Positions 1 through 8,374 of a DNA stretch of 32,000 nucleotides are shown here, one piece after another. The DNA is taken from positions 1,980,001 to 2,012,000 of the forward strand of contig OW818675.1 in assembly GCA_942493095.1 (NCBI GenBank), written 5' to 3'. The DNA is from Candidatus Electronema halotolerans (GTDB taxonomy: Bacteria > Desulfobacterota > Desulfobulbia > Desulfobulbales > Desulfobulbaceae). Each line of letters opens with the position of its first letter. Within the stretch, counting starts at the first letter, position 1. A program made the translations under genes and the position numbers. Below the pieces are notes generated by a model. That model made no database searches and was not told the origin of the DNA. It saw nothing but the letters and a program-made list of their open reading frames with translations.

Positions 1-1437
1 CTCGATGATCAGGCGCGCCCCTTCCACATCCGGTGCCCTGTCCCGCGAGATCGGCCCCGGCGTTTCCAACAGCAGCTTCTGGTTCCGGCCATGATTGACC
101 AAGTAGGAAAAGGCATCCACCGCTGTTTCCGGGGTGTTGAAGGTCGGGATGTTGGCATCGCGGAAAATGCGGCGGCCTTCGCCAACCTGAATTTCCCCCA
201 TCCAGCAGGTCAGGAGCGGCTTTTTGCCCGTGTTCAGCTCGACCAGTGACTGGGCCACGCCTGCCGGGTCGGTCATGGCCTGCGGAGTGAGAATGACCAG
301 CAGACCATCGACATTGGGATCATCCATGCAGATGGACACAGCTTGGGCATAGCGTTCCGGGGTCGCATCACCAATAATGTCAACCGGATTGCTGTGCGAC
401 CACGTTGCAGGCAGGACTTCGTTCAGCCGCTTCATGGTCTCTTTGGACAGCTCGGCCAAAGGTAGGCCCAGATCAGCCAGCCGGTCTGTGGCCATCACCC
501 CTGGGCCGCCGCCATTGGTGACAATTGCCAGCCGGTCGCCATCCGCCTTAGTCGGAAAGGTCAGGATGGCGGCGGCAGAGAAGAGATTGGCGATGCGCAG
601 GCCGCGCACCACCCCTGCCCGCCGCAAGGCGCTGTCAAACACGTCATCCGCCCCGACCAGTGCGCCGGTGTGCGACATGGCCGCCTTGGAGCCGCTGGCG
701 TGCCGTCCCACTTTCAAGGCAATGACCGGCTTGAAGCGGGCCGCTGCCCGCAGGCCGCTCATAAAGGACAAGGCGTTGTGAATGCCTTCGATATACAGCA
801 AGATGCTCTTGGTCTTGGGGTCATTGACTAAGTAATCGAGCACATCGCCAAAGTCGATGTCGGCGGAAATGCCGGTCGAAACCACAGCGGAAAAGCCGAT
901 CTTGTTGGCAGCAGCCCAGTCAAGAATGGCCGTGCAGAGCGCGCCGGACTGCGAAACAAGGGCAATATTGCCCGGCGCGGCCACGCCCTTGTTGAAGGTG
1001 CAGTTCAGACCGGTGGCAGGCCGCATGATGCCGAGGCAGTTTGGCCCGACAAAGCGCAGGCCGTGGCGGCGGGCGTTCTCCAAGACCGCCTGCTCCAGTT
1101 TCAGGCCCTGCTGCCCGACCTCGCGGAAACCTGCTGAGATGATCACTGCCGAGCGGATGCCGTAGCTGCCGCAGGCTTCGATAATGGCAGGCACGGTTGC
1201 CGCCGGAGTGGTGATCACGGCCAGATCAACCGGCTGGCCAAGGCTCTTCAGGTCAGGATAGGCTTTGCGGCCTTGCACCTCCTCGTGCTTGGGGTTGACC
1301 GGAAAGACCTCGCCCTTGAAGCCGCCTTCAATCATGTTTTTGAAGACCAGATTGCCCACCGCCCCTTCGCGGTCGCTGGCACCGAAGACCGCGACTGAGC
1401 GCGGTTCAAACAGCTTGTTGAGATAGTGCTTGCCCAT
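1..1437 (-). CDS. Acetyl/acyl-CoA synthetase (ADP-forming-like) with N-terminal CoA-binding domain; truncated by window edge
   Basis: Manual minus-strand translation from ATG at 1437: MGKHYLNKLFEPRSVAVFGASDREGAVGNLVFKNMIEGGFKGEVFPVNPKHEEVQGRKAYPDLKSLGQPVDLAVITTPAATVPAIIEACG...; typical Rossmann CoA-binding plus succinyl-CoA ligase-like domains. SD-like AGGAA is 5 nt from the ATG. Frame remains open to base 1. Confidence 0.85.
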   Translation of the reverse strand, partial: MGKHYLNKLFEPRSVAVFGASDREGAVGNLVFKNMIEGGFKGEVFPVNPKHEEVQGRKAYPDLKSLGQPVDLAVITTPAATVPAIIEACGSYGIRSAVIISAGFREVGQQGLKLEQAVLENARRHGLRFVGPNCLGIMRPATGLNCTFNKGVAAPGNIALVSQSGALCTAILDWAAANKIGFSAVVSTGISADIDFGDVLDYLVNDPKTKSILLYIEGIHNALSFMSGLRAAARFKPVIALKVGRHASGSKAAMSHTGALVGADDVFDSALRRAGVVRGLRIANLFSAAAILTFPTKADGDRLAIVTNGGGPGVMATDRLADLGLPLAELSKETMKRLNEVLPATWSHSNPVDIIGDATPERYAQAVSICMDDPNVDGLLVILTPQAMTDPAGVAQSLVELNTGKKPLLTCWMGEIQVGEGRRIFRDANIPTFNTPETAVDAFSYLVNHGRNQKLLLETPGPISRDRAPDVEGARLIIE

Positions 1438-1474
1438 GAGAAGTTCCTTATAGCGGTTTCGTATTGAACAGATA

Positions 1475-2107
1475 TCAAACCCAGCAATGACGGAAAAACG
1501 ATTTGATTGATTTTGACTTAACCGTTTTCAGAGATATATCATAAGCTTCCATCAGCTCACGCTCTGTTCTCGGCTTCAATTTTCTTATAGTGTTTTTCAT
1601 TACTGACCAGCAGTATTCAATAGGGTTCAGTTCAGGACGATAAGGAGGGAGGAAAATGATCTTCGCTCCTGTACTTCTGATCAAAGCGAGAGCTTCTTTG
1701 TTTTTATGAGGACTGGCATTGTCAAGAACGACTGTCTTGCTGCTGTCAAGATATTTCAAAAGATAATTTTTTATATAGAAATAAAAGACATCTCCTGTCA
1801 TGGTGCCTTTAAATTTCATGCACTTCAATATTTTTCCAAACTTTACAGCTCCTATCATGCTTATTCTTTTCCCTTTACCTGAAGGTCTTTTTGAAAAAGC
1901 TCTTGTTCCTTTTCTTGATCTTGCAAATTTTCTCGACATGTTCAAACAGCATCCTGTCTCATCAATAAAGATGAAATTCTTTTTGTCAGCCTCGAGCAGG
2001 CCTGCAAGGTAATTAACTGTCTTTGCTATATTTTCCTCTTTATACGCCGCCGGATCGCGGAAAGTTTTTTTTTCCGGCTGATTTTCAGTCTGGCGAGAGT
2101 TTCGCAC
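1475..2107 (-). CDS. IS630-family transposase, DDE catalytic ORF (orfB)
   Basis: FIFIDETGCC, VVLDNASPHK and FLPPYRPELNPIEYCWS give the D-D-E triad; overlaps orfA in the -1 frame. Confidence 0.9.
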   Translation of the reverse strand: MRNSRQTENQPEKKTFRDPAAYKEENIAKTVNYLAGLLEADKKNFIFIDETGCCLNMSRKFARSRKGTRAFSKRPSGKGKRISMIGAVKFGKILKCMKFKGTMTGDVFYFYIKNYLLKYLDSSKTVVLDNASPHKNKEALALIRSTGAKIIFLPPYRPELNPIEYCWSVMKNTIRKLKPRTERELMEAYDISLKTVKSKSIKSFFRHCWV

Positions 2108-2478
2108 AGCGTGGAAGGTGCTATTTTTAAATTGAATTTCTCGTATAAGCGATCACACATCTCTTCAAGCGTAAGATCGTTCTCGTCATCAATCATGCTG
2201 GTCAGAAAAGGCATATGAACTTCCTTGATTTTCGGAGGATTTCCGCCTTTATGAGGCTTCGGCTCAAGCGTCCCCTCAGTCTTCCATCTTTTTACAAGAC
2301 TTTGAACAAATTTATAGGAAACGTCAAGCAAATCTGCAGTTCTTCTCAATGATTTCTGTTTTTCATAAACAGACAAGACTTTCTTTCTGAAATCAATAGA
2401 ATAAATCATGGCAGACCTCCGTGTGTAAAAAAATGGAAAAAACAGACAAGTCAAGTTTAATCTTTTTCTGATAACCAT
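2026..2478 (-). CDS. IS630-family transposase, N-terminal helix-turn-helix ORF (orfA)
   Basis: MIYSIDFRKKVLSVYEKQKSLRRTADLLDVSYKFVQSLVKRWK...: HTH region typical of IS630 transposases. Confidence 0.85.
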   Translation of the reverse strand: MVIRKRLNLTCLFFPFFYTRRSAMIYSIDFRKKVLSVYEKQKSLRRTADLLDVSYKFVQSLVKRWKTEGTLEPKPHKGGNPPKIKEVHMPFLTSMIDDENDLTLEEMCDRLYEKFNLKIAPSTLCETLARLKISRKKKLSAIRRRIKRKI

Positions 2479-2973
2479 ACAACCTGAAACCGCTATATGT
2501 GCGAATGATTGCAGGTTATGGCTTATTGCGCTGCAACGTGCAGTTATCGCAGCGGCACAAGGTCAATCCACAGATGCGTCAGATGAAGTTTGCTGTCAGA
2601 ACGATTTACAATTGATGTGTATTCAGCAACTTTTCCATTATCGTGCTTCAGTGCGAGCTGTTCTTCCTCTGACCATTTCGGTTCAGCAGGTTGAGCGCAC
2701 AGATCACAAACCCAAGTGTTTACTTTTTTACGCCAACTTTCTGCGTTTCCATCCTGAATGTAGCCGATCATGCCAGCATGGTTGAGTCTGCTGCCGTGTA
2801 TGCCCAGTTTGAAACGTTCTATTCCGCCGCAGGGCACATGCTTTTTCTTTTCTTCATGTCCTATCACATATTCTTTACGACGTTTTGTGCCCAGTCCTGT
2901 CGAAAGACGTTTTCCTTCAAAAACGGTAATCAAGGGTGGATCAATCCCGCTATCAGCATCAACTTTGAGATAA

Positions 2974-4278
2974 GGGTTCCTCGAAAAATACAACATCCAT
3001 TCTGCTGCATTTGTTTTGTTATTTTTTATTTTAATATTGAAATTTCAGTCTATTATGTTATAATTTCGGCATCAATTCAACTCATGCTGCCGGAGATGCA
3101 CAGATGAACCAACTTGGATTTTTTGATTTTTATATTCGTCTTTCCCGAATTGACAAAGCAGGTGATCCTTTAGTTAAGATCAACAAGGCTATTGACTGGG
3201 AAATATTTCGGCCAATTCTTGAAGAAGCAAAAAGAAAGCCTGTGAAATCAAATGCTGGAGCTAAAGGTTATGATTCAGTCATGATGTTCAAAATTTTAAT
3301 TTTGCAATCATTATACAATCTTTCTGATAAAGGGATGGAATATCAAATTCTTGACAGATATTCGTTTTCCAGATTCCTTGGACTTCGGGCGGCTGACAAA
3401 GTTCCAGATGCGACAACGATATGGCTTTTTCGTGAAACTTTGACCAAAGCAGGAAAAATCGAGGAACTGTTTTCTGTTTTTGACGAATTTCTTGATGAAA
3501 ATGGATATCAAGCCAGAAAAGGGCAGATAGTCGACGCTTCCATAGTCAACGCCCCGATCCAGCGTAACAGCCGCAAGGAAAACAAGCAGATCAAGAATGG
3601 TGAACAGCCTGAAGGATGGAGTGAGAATAAGCAGGCGCAGAAGGATACTGATGCCCGTTGGACCAAAAAGAACGGCAGAAGCTTTTTTGGTTATAAAAAT
3701 CATATATCTGTTGATGTGAAGCATAAATTCATCCGAAAATATGCGGTGACCAGCGCCGAGGTTCATGACAGCAATATTTTTGAGGAGCTGCTTGACCCTG
3801 ACAACACCAGTCGGGATATCTATGCGGATTCGGCATACAGATCTGAAAAAAAGCTCAACTGGTTGAACGAGAATGGATACAGAGAGCATCTGAACCGCAA
3901 AGGAACACGAAGCCGGAAACTGACCGAATGGGAGAAGCAGGGAAATCGGACAAGATCAAAAATTCGCTCCCGGATTGAACACGTCTTCGGCATCCAGGCG
4001 CAACGTGCTGGCAATATGATTCTCCGAGGAACAGGTTTCATTCGCGCTGCTGCGAAAATAGGCTTGAGAAACTTGACGTTCAATATTGACAGGTACGGAA
4101 CTCTTAATAAAATTTAAGATTTAAAAAAAAGAAACGCATTCAGGAACATATTTCAACGGAAGTTTGCTCAAAATAAATAAAAAACAGGAAATAACAATTT
4201 ATGTATTTGAAATTTTCAACTGTCAAAGACACTATTGATAAGCTGAAAAAACTTTATCTCAAATTTTTCGAGGTTCCC
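2974..4278 (+). mobile_element. IS5-family insertion sequence, complete, ~1305 bp, ATAA target duplication
   Basis: Left end GGGTTCCTCGAAAAATAC from 2974; right end read inward on minus strand GGGAACCTCGAAAAATTTG from 4278; ATAA at both 2970-2973 and 4279-4282; encloses transposase 3104-4117. Confidence 0.87.
3104..4117 (+). CDS. IS5-family transposase
   Basis: MNQLGFFDFYIRLSRIDKAGDPLVKINKAIDWEIFRPIL...; QIVDASIVNAP, YADSAYRS and RSRIEHVFGIQ motifs characteristic of IS5-family DDE transposases. Confidence 0.92.
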   Translation: MNQLGFFDFYIRLSRIDKAGDPLVKINKAIDWEIFRPILEEAKRKPVKSNAGAKGYDSVMMFKILILQSLYNLSDKGMEYQILDRYSFSRFLGLRAADKVPDATTIWLFRETLTKAGKIEELFSVFDEFLDENGYQARKGQIVDASIVNAPIQRNSRKENKQIKNGEQPEGWSENKQAQKDTDARWTKKNGRSFFGYKNHISVDVKHKFIRKYAVTSAEVHDSNIFEELLDPDNTSRDIYADSAYRSEKKLNWLNENGYREHLNRKGTRSRKLTEWEKQGNRTRSKIRSRIEHVFGIQAQRAGNMILRGTGFIRAAAKIGLRNLTFNIDRYGTLNKI

Positions 4279-4558
4279 ATAAATGCCAATATCAGCAGCA
4301 GGACTGTTGCCACGAGCTTCATCTTCCATGCTTTCCCGGTTTGCAAAGAAATTTTCTGCTTCGTTGTTGATAAATCGGGTAAGTTTGCTGTTAAGAGCGT
4401 TTTCATTTTTACTTTTTTCTTGCATAACAGAATTAGTAAATTTTGGCAGGATTGTCTTTACAAATTCAATTACCTTGTTGAATTGCGCATTTTTAGGCGG
4501 GCCGAATAATAGTCCCATGCCGCCGAGAACCCGTCCTTGAGCATATTGCTTCATGATT

Positions 4559-7528
4559 TCAATATCCCTGTTCCAAGAGATCAATCATTGTTTCATCAGC
4601 ATCACGAAGCGCAATGGAACGGAGCCAGTATCTTTTCTGATTTGGCTTGATCATGAAAATGACGTTTTTTTCGTAGAGGCGGAGAATGCGGTTGATGAAT
4701 AAGCGGCTGCTATGACGGCGGTGCAACAGCTCATCAAGAAACGGAACGATTTTTTCTTGGTCTGGCAGCTCTATCTGCGGCGCATCGCCGTAACAGAAAG
4801 GATAGCAGATAAAGGAATCCCCCAGCAATATTGGCTCTAATGACCTGAATTCTTGGTACACTGGGTTTAGAATATCGCAATACATTTTGCCGAACTTATG
4901 CAAATCAGATGTATCTGCTTTGGACAAAATGAGAGAACTTTCTCCCTTTCCTTGAAAGTCAATAATATACCTACCAACATCATCAATAAGGGCCTCTTCC
5001 CAAAAACGTAAAGTTAAATCTTTTTCTTCATCCCAATAAGGTACAGCCATAATATCACATGAATTTAACGAGTTTCCTCGATCAACCCAAGTTCTGCCGC
5101 TGAGAAGAAGTGCTGATAATCCAAATAATTTTGAATTATTGAGACGTTCAGCAAGATTTTTTAAATGATGCCGCTCATGCTTCGGCGCATATATCCCTAT
5201 AATTTGTTTTGTGAATACCAGTTCTTCCTCTGTATATATGGCTGGAACAGCCAATCCGTTGTCAACTATCTTTCTGATAAGCACATGAGGAGCAGAAAAA
5301 ATGAGTTGAGTTATCGGACGTGGCTCTTCAAAAAAGAGCTTATCAACAGATTTAACTGAATCCCAGTTTATACCGTGTTTAGTTAATCCATTCGGAGGAA
5401 CATCATTTTTCCCTGTTATCCAAGGTGCAGTCTTTGGAGTTCGCTTCAGGCCAAATTTCTTCATACGTTCTTCAGGCGATAACTCAATCAATTCGTTCGC
5501 GTCAGGCAAGTCATTTAAATAACTTCCACACCCAACACTGTATCCCTCTCCAAACTGCCACCCATGATTTTCCCTCTTTTCCTCCAGATACTTTCCCAGT
5601 GTAGGCACATTCGTCAACAGCCGATCCATCATGCGATGCAGCCTGCCGCCGCCAAGCAGATTGATTTTCCAGACATATTTTTTTTCTTTGATTGATTCAC
5701 GGGGAACCCAATGAAAATCATAAGGATCAAGCTCAAATAGCAGTTTTTCCTTGATTGTTTTTGTTCTGCGGAAAATCAGGTGTAAAATTTTATCAGCAGT
5801 TGGCTGTTCATTGCGGCCAATCACCGCTGCTGCCGCAACTTTGGCATTTTTGAAAAGCACTCCTTCCAACGGAGTGAAATCAAAGACCTGATCAATGGCG
5901 AATTGTTCAAATAAATAACTGCGGAAAGATTGCGCGTTGCCGTTGTAGAGCAGCGGTCCAGCAGGCTGAATCAGGCAAACTGTTCCGCCAAGCCGGGCAA
6001 CTTGAAAAGATTGCTCTAAAAAAAGAAGCGCAATCTTCTTGTCCGGGAGCTGCTGCCGTTCTTTGCTGCGTTTTTTCTCAATCTCTTCCGCCTTGCTTGT
6101 CAATGGGCTGTCAAAAGGAGGATTGCCGATAACTATATCAAAATGACTGTTGAATTCCTCTGATTCAACTAATTCAAAAAAGTCTCCTTCTCGAAGATTA
6201 TCAGGTTGCAGATTATTAAATTTGAGTTCATTCCAGATAACAATCGGTTCCAGTTCGTCGCACATGGTGACACAAAGGCTGAAAGCTGCCACTAAAACAG
6301 CTTCTGGAGCTTTATCTATCCCGAACAGGCTGTTTTTCAAGATTTCTTGCAGTTCATGACAGGGTGGATATTTCCAATCATTAGCTATTCGCCAGCATTG
6401 AATCAGGCGTTTGAACGCGCCCACCAGAAAAACACCCGAACCGCAGGCAGGATCAAGGATTTTCCAAGAAAGTGTCTCTGCTTTGAGGGGCAAACATTGG
6501 TCGATGAGAAAATCAACCAGCATCGGCGGCGTATAGACAACTCCCTTGTTTTTTTCTGCCAAAAATTCTTCATAAATATTGCTGATCAATTCAACCGGAA
6601 GATCCTCGAAAGAATAGAGCGGCCAAAAGAGATACTGACCGCTGGACAGTTCTTGATTTCCCTTGAGAAAAGCAGCAATCTCACAGAGATCAGCTTGTTC
6701 CAGCTCACCCTTCTCCTCATCGGTTAATTTGAAGATGCCGCCGTTGAAATGTTCGCTCAAATGATCAAAAAGTTTAATGCAGCTTCCAGCTTTATTGAAC
6801 AGTTCGGCAAAATCATCATAGCCAGCCTGAGAAAATTGCTGAAAAAATCCATTGTTAAAAACTTGATTCCCAGTGGAGTCCCGACGGTCATTCAAATACT
6901 TGACCAGAATTGCCATAACCAGAATGCGGTTTATGACTTTTTCTGAAAGTTTCTTTCGCTTCAGCAGATTGTTTCTGAACGACTTGAGATGAGTGAGCAG
7001 CTTGAAATACGCAGTTTTTTCAAGAAGGAAATCATTTTTGAATTTTGGATTCTCCCAAAGCGTCCCGGCGGCAACTTCGCGGGCGGCAAAGGCCCGATCA
7101 GCAGCAATGATTCTTTCAAGCGTGTTGAAGGGAGTGAAAATTGGAGTGTTTGTTTGTTCATCTATCTCAGGTTGCTGGCGGCAGTTAAGAACTTTCACCT
7201 TCTGAGGTGTCAGAATAAACATTAAAGGCGGGATGCCTGCGTTCCAGAGACGGCGATGTATCTCGGCATATTTTGCTTCGTTGCAGGAAAGCGAATTGTC
7301 GTAATAGATATAAATTTGAGGAACAGAAGAGCGGCCAGTTCCATCAGGGAAAATACGAAAGAAAACAGCATCTGCTTTGTAGTTTTCAGCCTGCTCCAGC
7401 GCGATTCGTATTTTTGCTTCCGCCTGCTCCCTGTCTTCTACAAAATAAAGATTTTTTTGTATTTCAGAAGAGTCAGACAATAATTCCAGCTCGTTCAGCC
7501 TTCTTGCGAATGCTTCTTTGTTTTGCAT
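4559..7528 (-). CDS. Large adenine-specific DNA methyltransferase of a restriction-modification-like system
   Basis: Motif I ILDPACGSGVFLVGAF and motif IV FDIVIGNPPFDSP of N6-adenine methyltransferases; ~990 aa. Start chosen at MQNKEAFARRLNEL (7528) because the 55-aa upstream extension contains an unrelated gene remnant. Confidence 0.82.
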   Translation of the reverse strand: MQNKEAFARRLNELELLSDSSEIQKNLYFVEDREQAEAKIRIALEQAENYKADAVFFRIFPDGTGRSSVPQIYIYYDNSLSCNEAKYAEIHRRLWNAGIPPLMFILTPQKVKVLNCRQQPEIDEQTNTPIFTPFNTLERIIAADRAFAAREVAAGTLWENPKFKNDFLLEKTAYFKLLTHLKSFRNNLLKRKKLSEKVINRILVMAILVKYLNDRRDSTGNQVFNNGFFQQFSQAGYDDFAELFNKAGSCIKLFDHLSEHFNGGIFKLTDEEKGELEQADLCEIAAFLKGNQELSSGQYLFWPLYSFEDLPVELISNIYEEFLAEKNKGVVYTPPMLVDFLIDQCLPLKAETLSWKILDPACGSGVFLVGAFKRLIQCWRIANDWKYPPCHELQEILKNSLFGIDKAPEAVLVAAFSLCVTMCDELEPIVIWNELKFNNLQPDNLREGDFFELVESEEFNSHFDIVIGNPPFDSPLTSKAEEIEKKRSKERQQLPDKKIALLFLEQSFQVARLGGTVCLIQPAGPLLYNGNAQSFRSYLFEQFAIDQVFDFTPLEGVLFKNAKVAAAAVIGRNEQPTADKILHLIFRRTKTIKEKLLFELDPYDFHWVPRESIKEKKYVWKINLLGGGRLHRMMDRLLTNVPTLGKYLEEKRENHGWQFGEGYSVGCGSYLNDLPDANELIELSPEERMKKFGLKRTPKTAPWITGKNDVPPNGLTKHGINWDSVKSVDKLFFEEPRPITQLIFSAPHVLIRKIVDNGLAVPAIYTEEELVFTKQIIGIYAPKHERHHLKNLAERLNNSKLFGLSALLLSGRTWVDRGNSLNSCDIMAVPYWDEEKDLTLRFWEEALIDDVGRYIIDFQGKGESSLILSKADTSDLHKFGKMYCDILNPVYQEFRSLEPILLGDSFICYPFCYGDAPQIELPDQEKIVPFLDELLHRRHSSRLFINRILRLYEKNVIFMIKPNQKRYWLRSIALRDADETMIDLLEQGY

Positions 7529-7555
7529 TTCTATCTTTCTATTCTGACTTGGAAA

Positions 7556-7618
7556 TACCGCCCCTTTGCAGCCGCTGGCATCAAACATCACGCCCAAGCG
7601 CGGCTCAAACAGCTCTTT
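7556..7618 (-). pseudogene. Diverged remnant of the 5' coding region of an acyl/acetyl-CoA synthetase-like gene
   Basis: Translated KELFEPRLGVMFDASGCKGAV aligns without gaps to NKLFEPRSVAVFGASDREGAV (codons 7-27 of the gene at 1437, nt 1419-1357); 48/63 nt identical by eye. Confidence 0.55.
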
Positions 7619-7651
7619 GCTCGTGTCGCCCGGTGCCATTATACCGGACAA

Positions 7652-7701
7652 CTCAAAAAAAAACAGGGAGGAAACGGAGCTGCTCCGTCTCATCCCTGTT
7701 T
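7652..7701 (-). terminator. Rho-independent terminator for the 8375/8348 gene pair
   Basis: Minus strand AAACAGGGA-TGAG-ACGGAG-CAG..CTCCGT-TTCC-TCCCTGTTT followed by a run of Ts (7652-7660). Confidence 0.8.
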
Positions 7702-7793
7702 GCCGAAGGTTCGCGCATCAGCAGCGTGAGCTGTGTGAAAGAGCACAAGGAGGACGCGGGACAGCACACTATCGGGCTGGCTGGAGTTTGCCT

Positions 7794-8348
7794 TCAGTCA
7801 GCCGCAGTCTTCATGCGTTGCGCCAACTGACGGCATTCCTCCTGAGTTATGGCAATCTCAGGATGCCCTTGCGGCAGGCTGGCGGCAAAAATCGCGGCTG
7901 CCTGCTGACAAAGCGGCTCCGCTTCGGCCAATCTGCCGACCTGCTCATAAAAGCGGGCCAGACTGCGCAGGCCAAAGCCAGTTGCTGGATTGTCTTTTCC
8001 CAAGGCCTGCTCCCAGATGCGCAGGGCTTGCTGATAGAACGACTCCGCCTCGTGGTATCGATGCTGCTCTTTGCACAAGTCTGCCAGACCAGTCAAGGCC
8101 ACGGCCACTGAAGGATGATCCGGGCCAAATATCTTCTCCCAAAGCGCGGCTGCCTGCTGATATTTTGCTTCCGCCTCCTGATAGCGGCCCTGCTTGCGCA
8201 GCTGTTCTCCCTCCTGATACAGCTTGAAAGCCACAGCAGGATGTTCTTGTCCTGCTGCTGTGGCAGGTGCGGCAGGCGCGCATGTCTCCCAAGAAACAGC
8301 GGCCAGCCAGACTGCAAACGCTGCCAGCATTATGTTTTGTCGCATCAT
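7794..8348 (-). CDS. Secreted tetratricopeptide-repeat protein
   Basis: Signal peptide MMRQNIMLAAFAVWLAAVSWETCA; TPR units HPSVAVALTGLADLCKEQHRYHEAESFYQQALRIWEQALG...; AAGGAGAG SD immediately upstream of the ATGATG at 8348/8345. Confidence 0.75.
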   Translation of the reverse strand: MMRQNIMLAAFAVWLAAVSWETCAPAAPATAAGQEHPAVAFKLYQEGEQLRKQGRYQEAEAKYQQAAALWEKIFGPDHPSVAVALTGLADLCKEQHRYHEAESFYQQALRIWEQALGKDNPATGFGLRSLARFYEQVGRLAEAEPLCQQAAAIFAASLPQGHPEIAITQEECRQLAQRMKTAAD

Positions 8349-8374
8349 CTCTCTCCTTGTGCTGCCATTGTTCA

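Larger units (their letters stand above)
1451..2495 (-). mobile_element. IS630-family insertion sequence, complete, ~1045 bp, TA target duplication
   Basis: Terminal inverted repeats TAGCGGTTTC...GAAACCGCTA, flanked by TA at 1449-1450 and TA at 2496-2497; encloses two overlapping transposase ORFs. Confidence 0.88.
2544..4554 (-). pseudogene. Restriction-endonuclease-like (PD-(D/E)XK) gene partner of the methyltransferase, interrupted by the IS5-family element
   Basis: Codons 4554..4279 (92 aa, ...GNSPAADIGIY) and 2969..2544 (141 aa, LKVDADSGIDPPLITVFEGKRL...GGIERFKLGIHGSRLNHAGMIGYIQDG...) join exactly in frame after removal of 2970-4278 (IS plus one ATAA). ATG is just after the methyltransferase stop at 4559. 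Confidence 0.75.

Noticed and set aside
2522-2553. Short CGCTGC/GCAGCG inverted repeat at the end of the split restriction gene
   Set aside because: Only a 6-bp stem with a 14-nt loop and no T-run; too weak to call a terminator.
4216-4584. 122-aa ORF as an independent complete gene
   Set aside because: Its last codons (GNLEKFEIKFFQLINSVFDS) are the IS5-family inverted repeat and interior, so it is the 5' fragment of an interrupted gene.
7529-7693. N-terminal 55-aa extension of the methyltransferase ORF as genuine protein
   Set aside because: It runs into the upstream terminator hairpin and contains the synthetase-like remnant; MQNKEAFARRL at 7528 is a more natural start, although its SD is weak.
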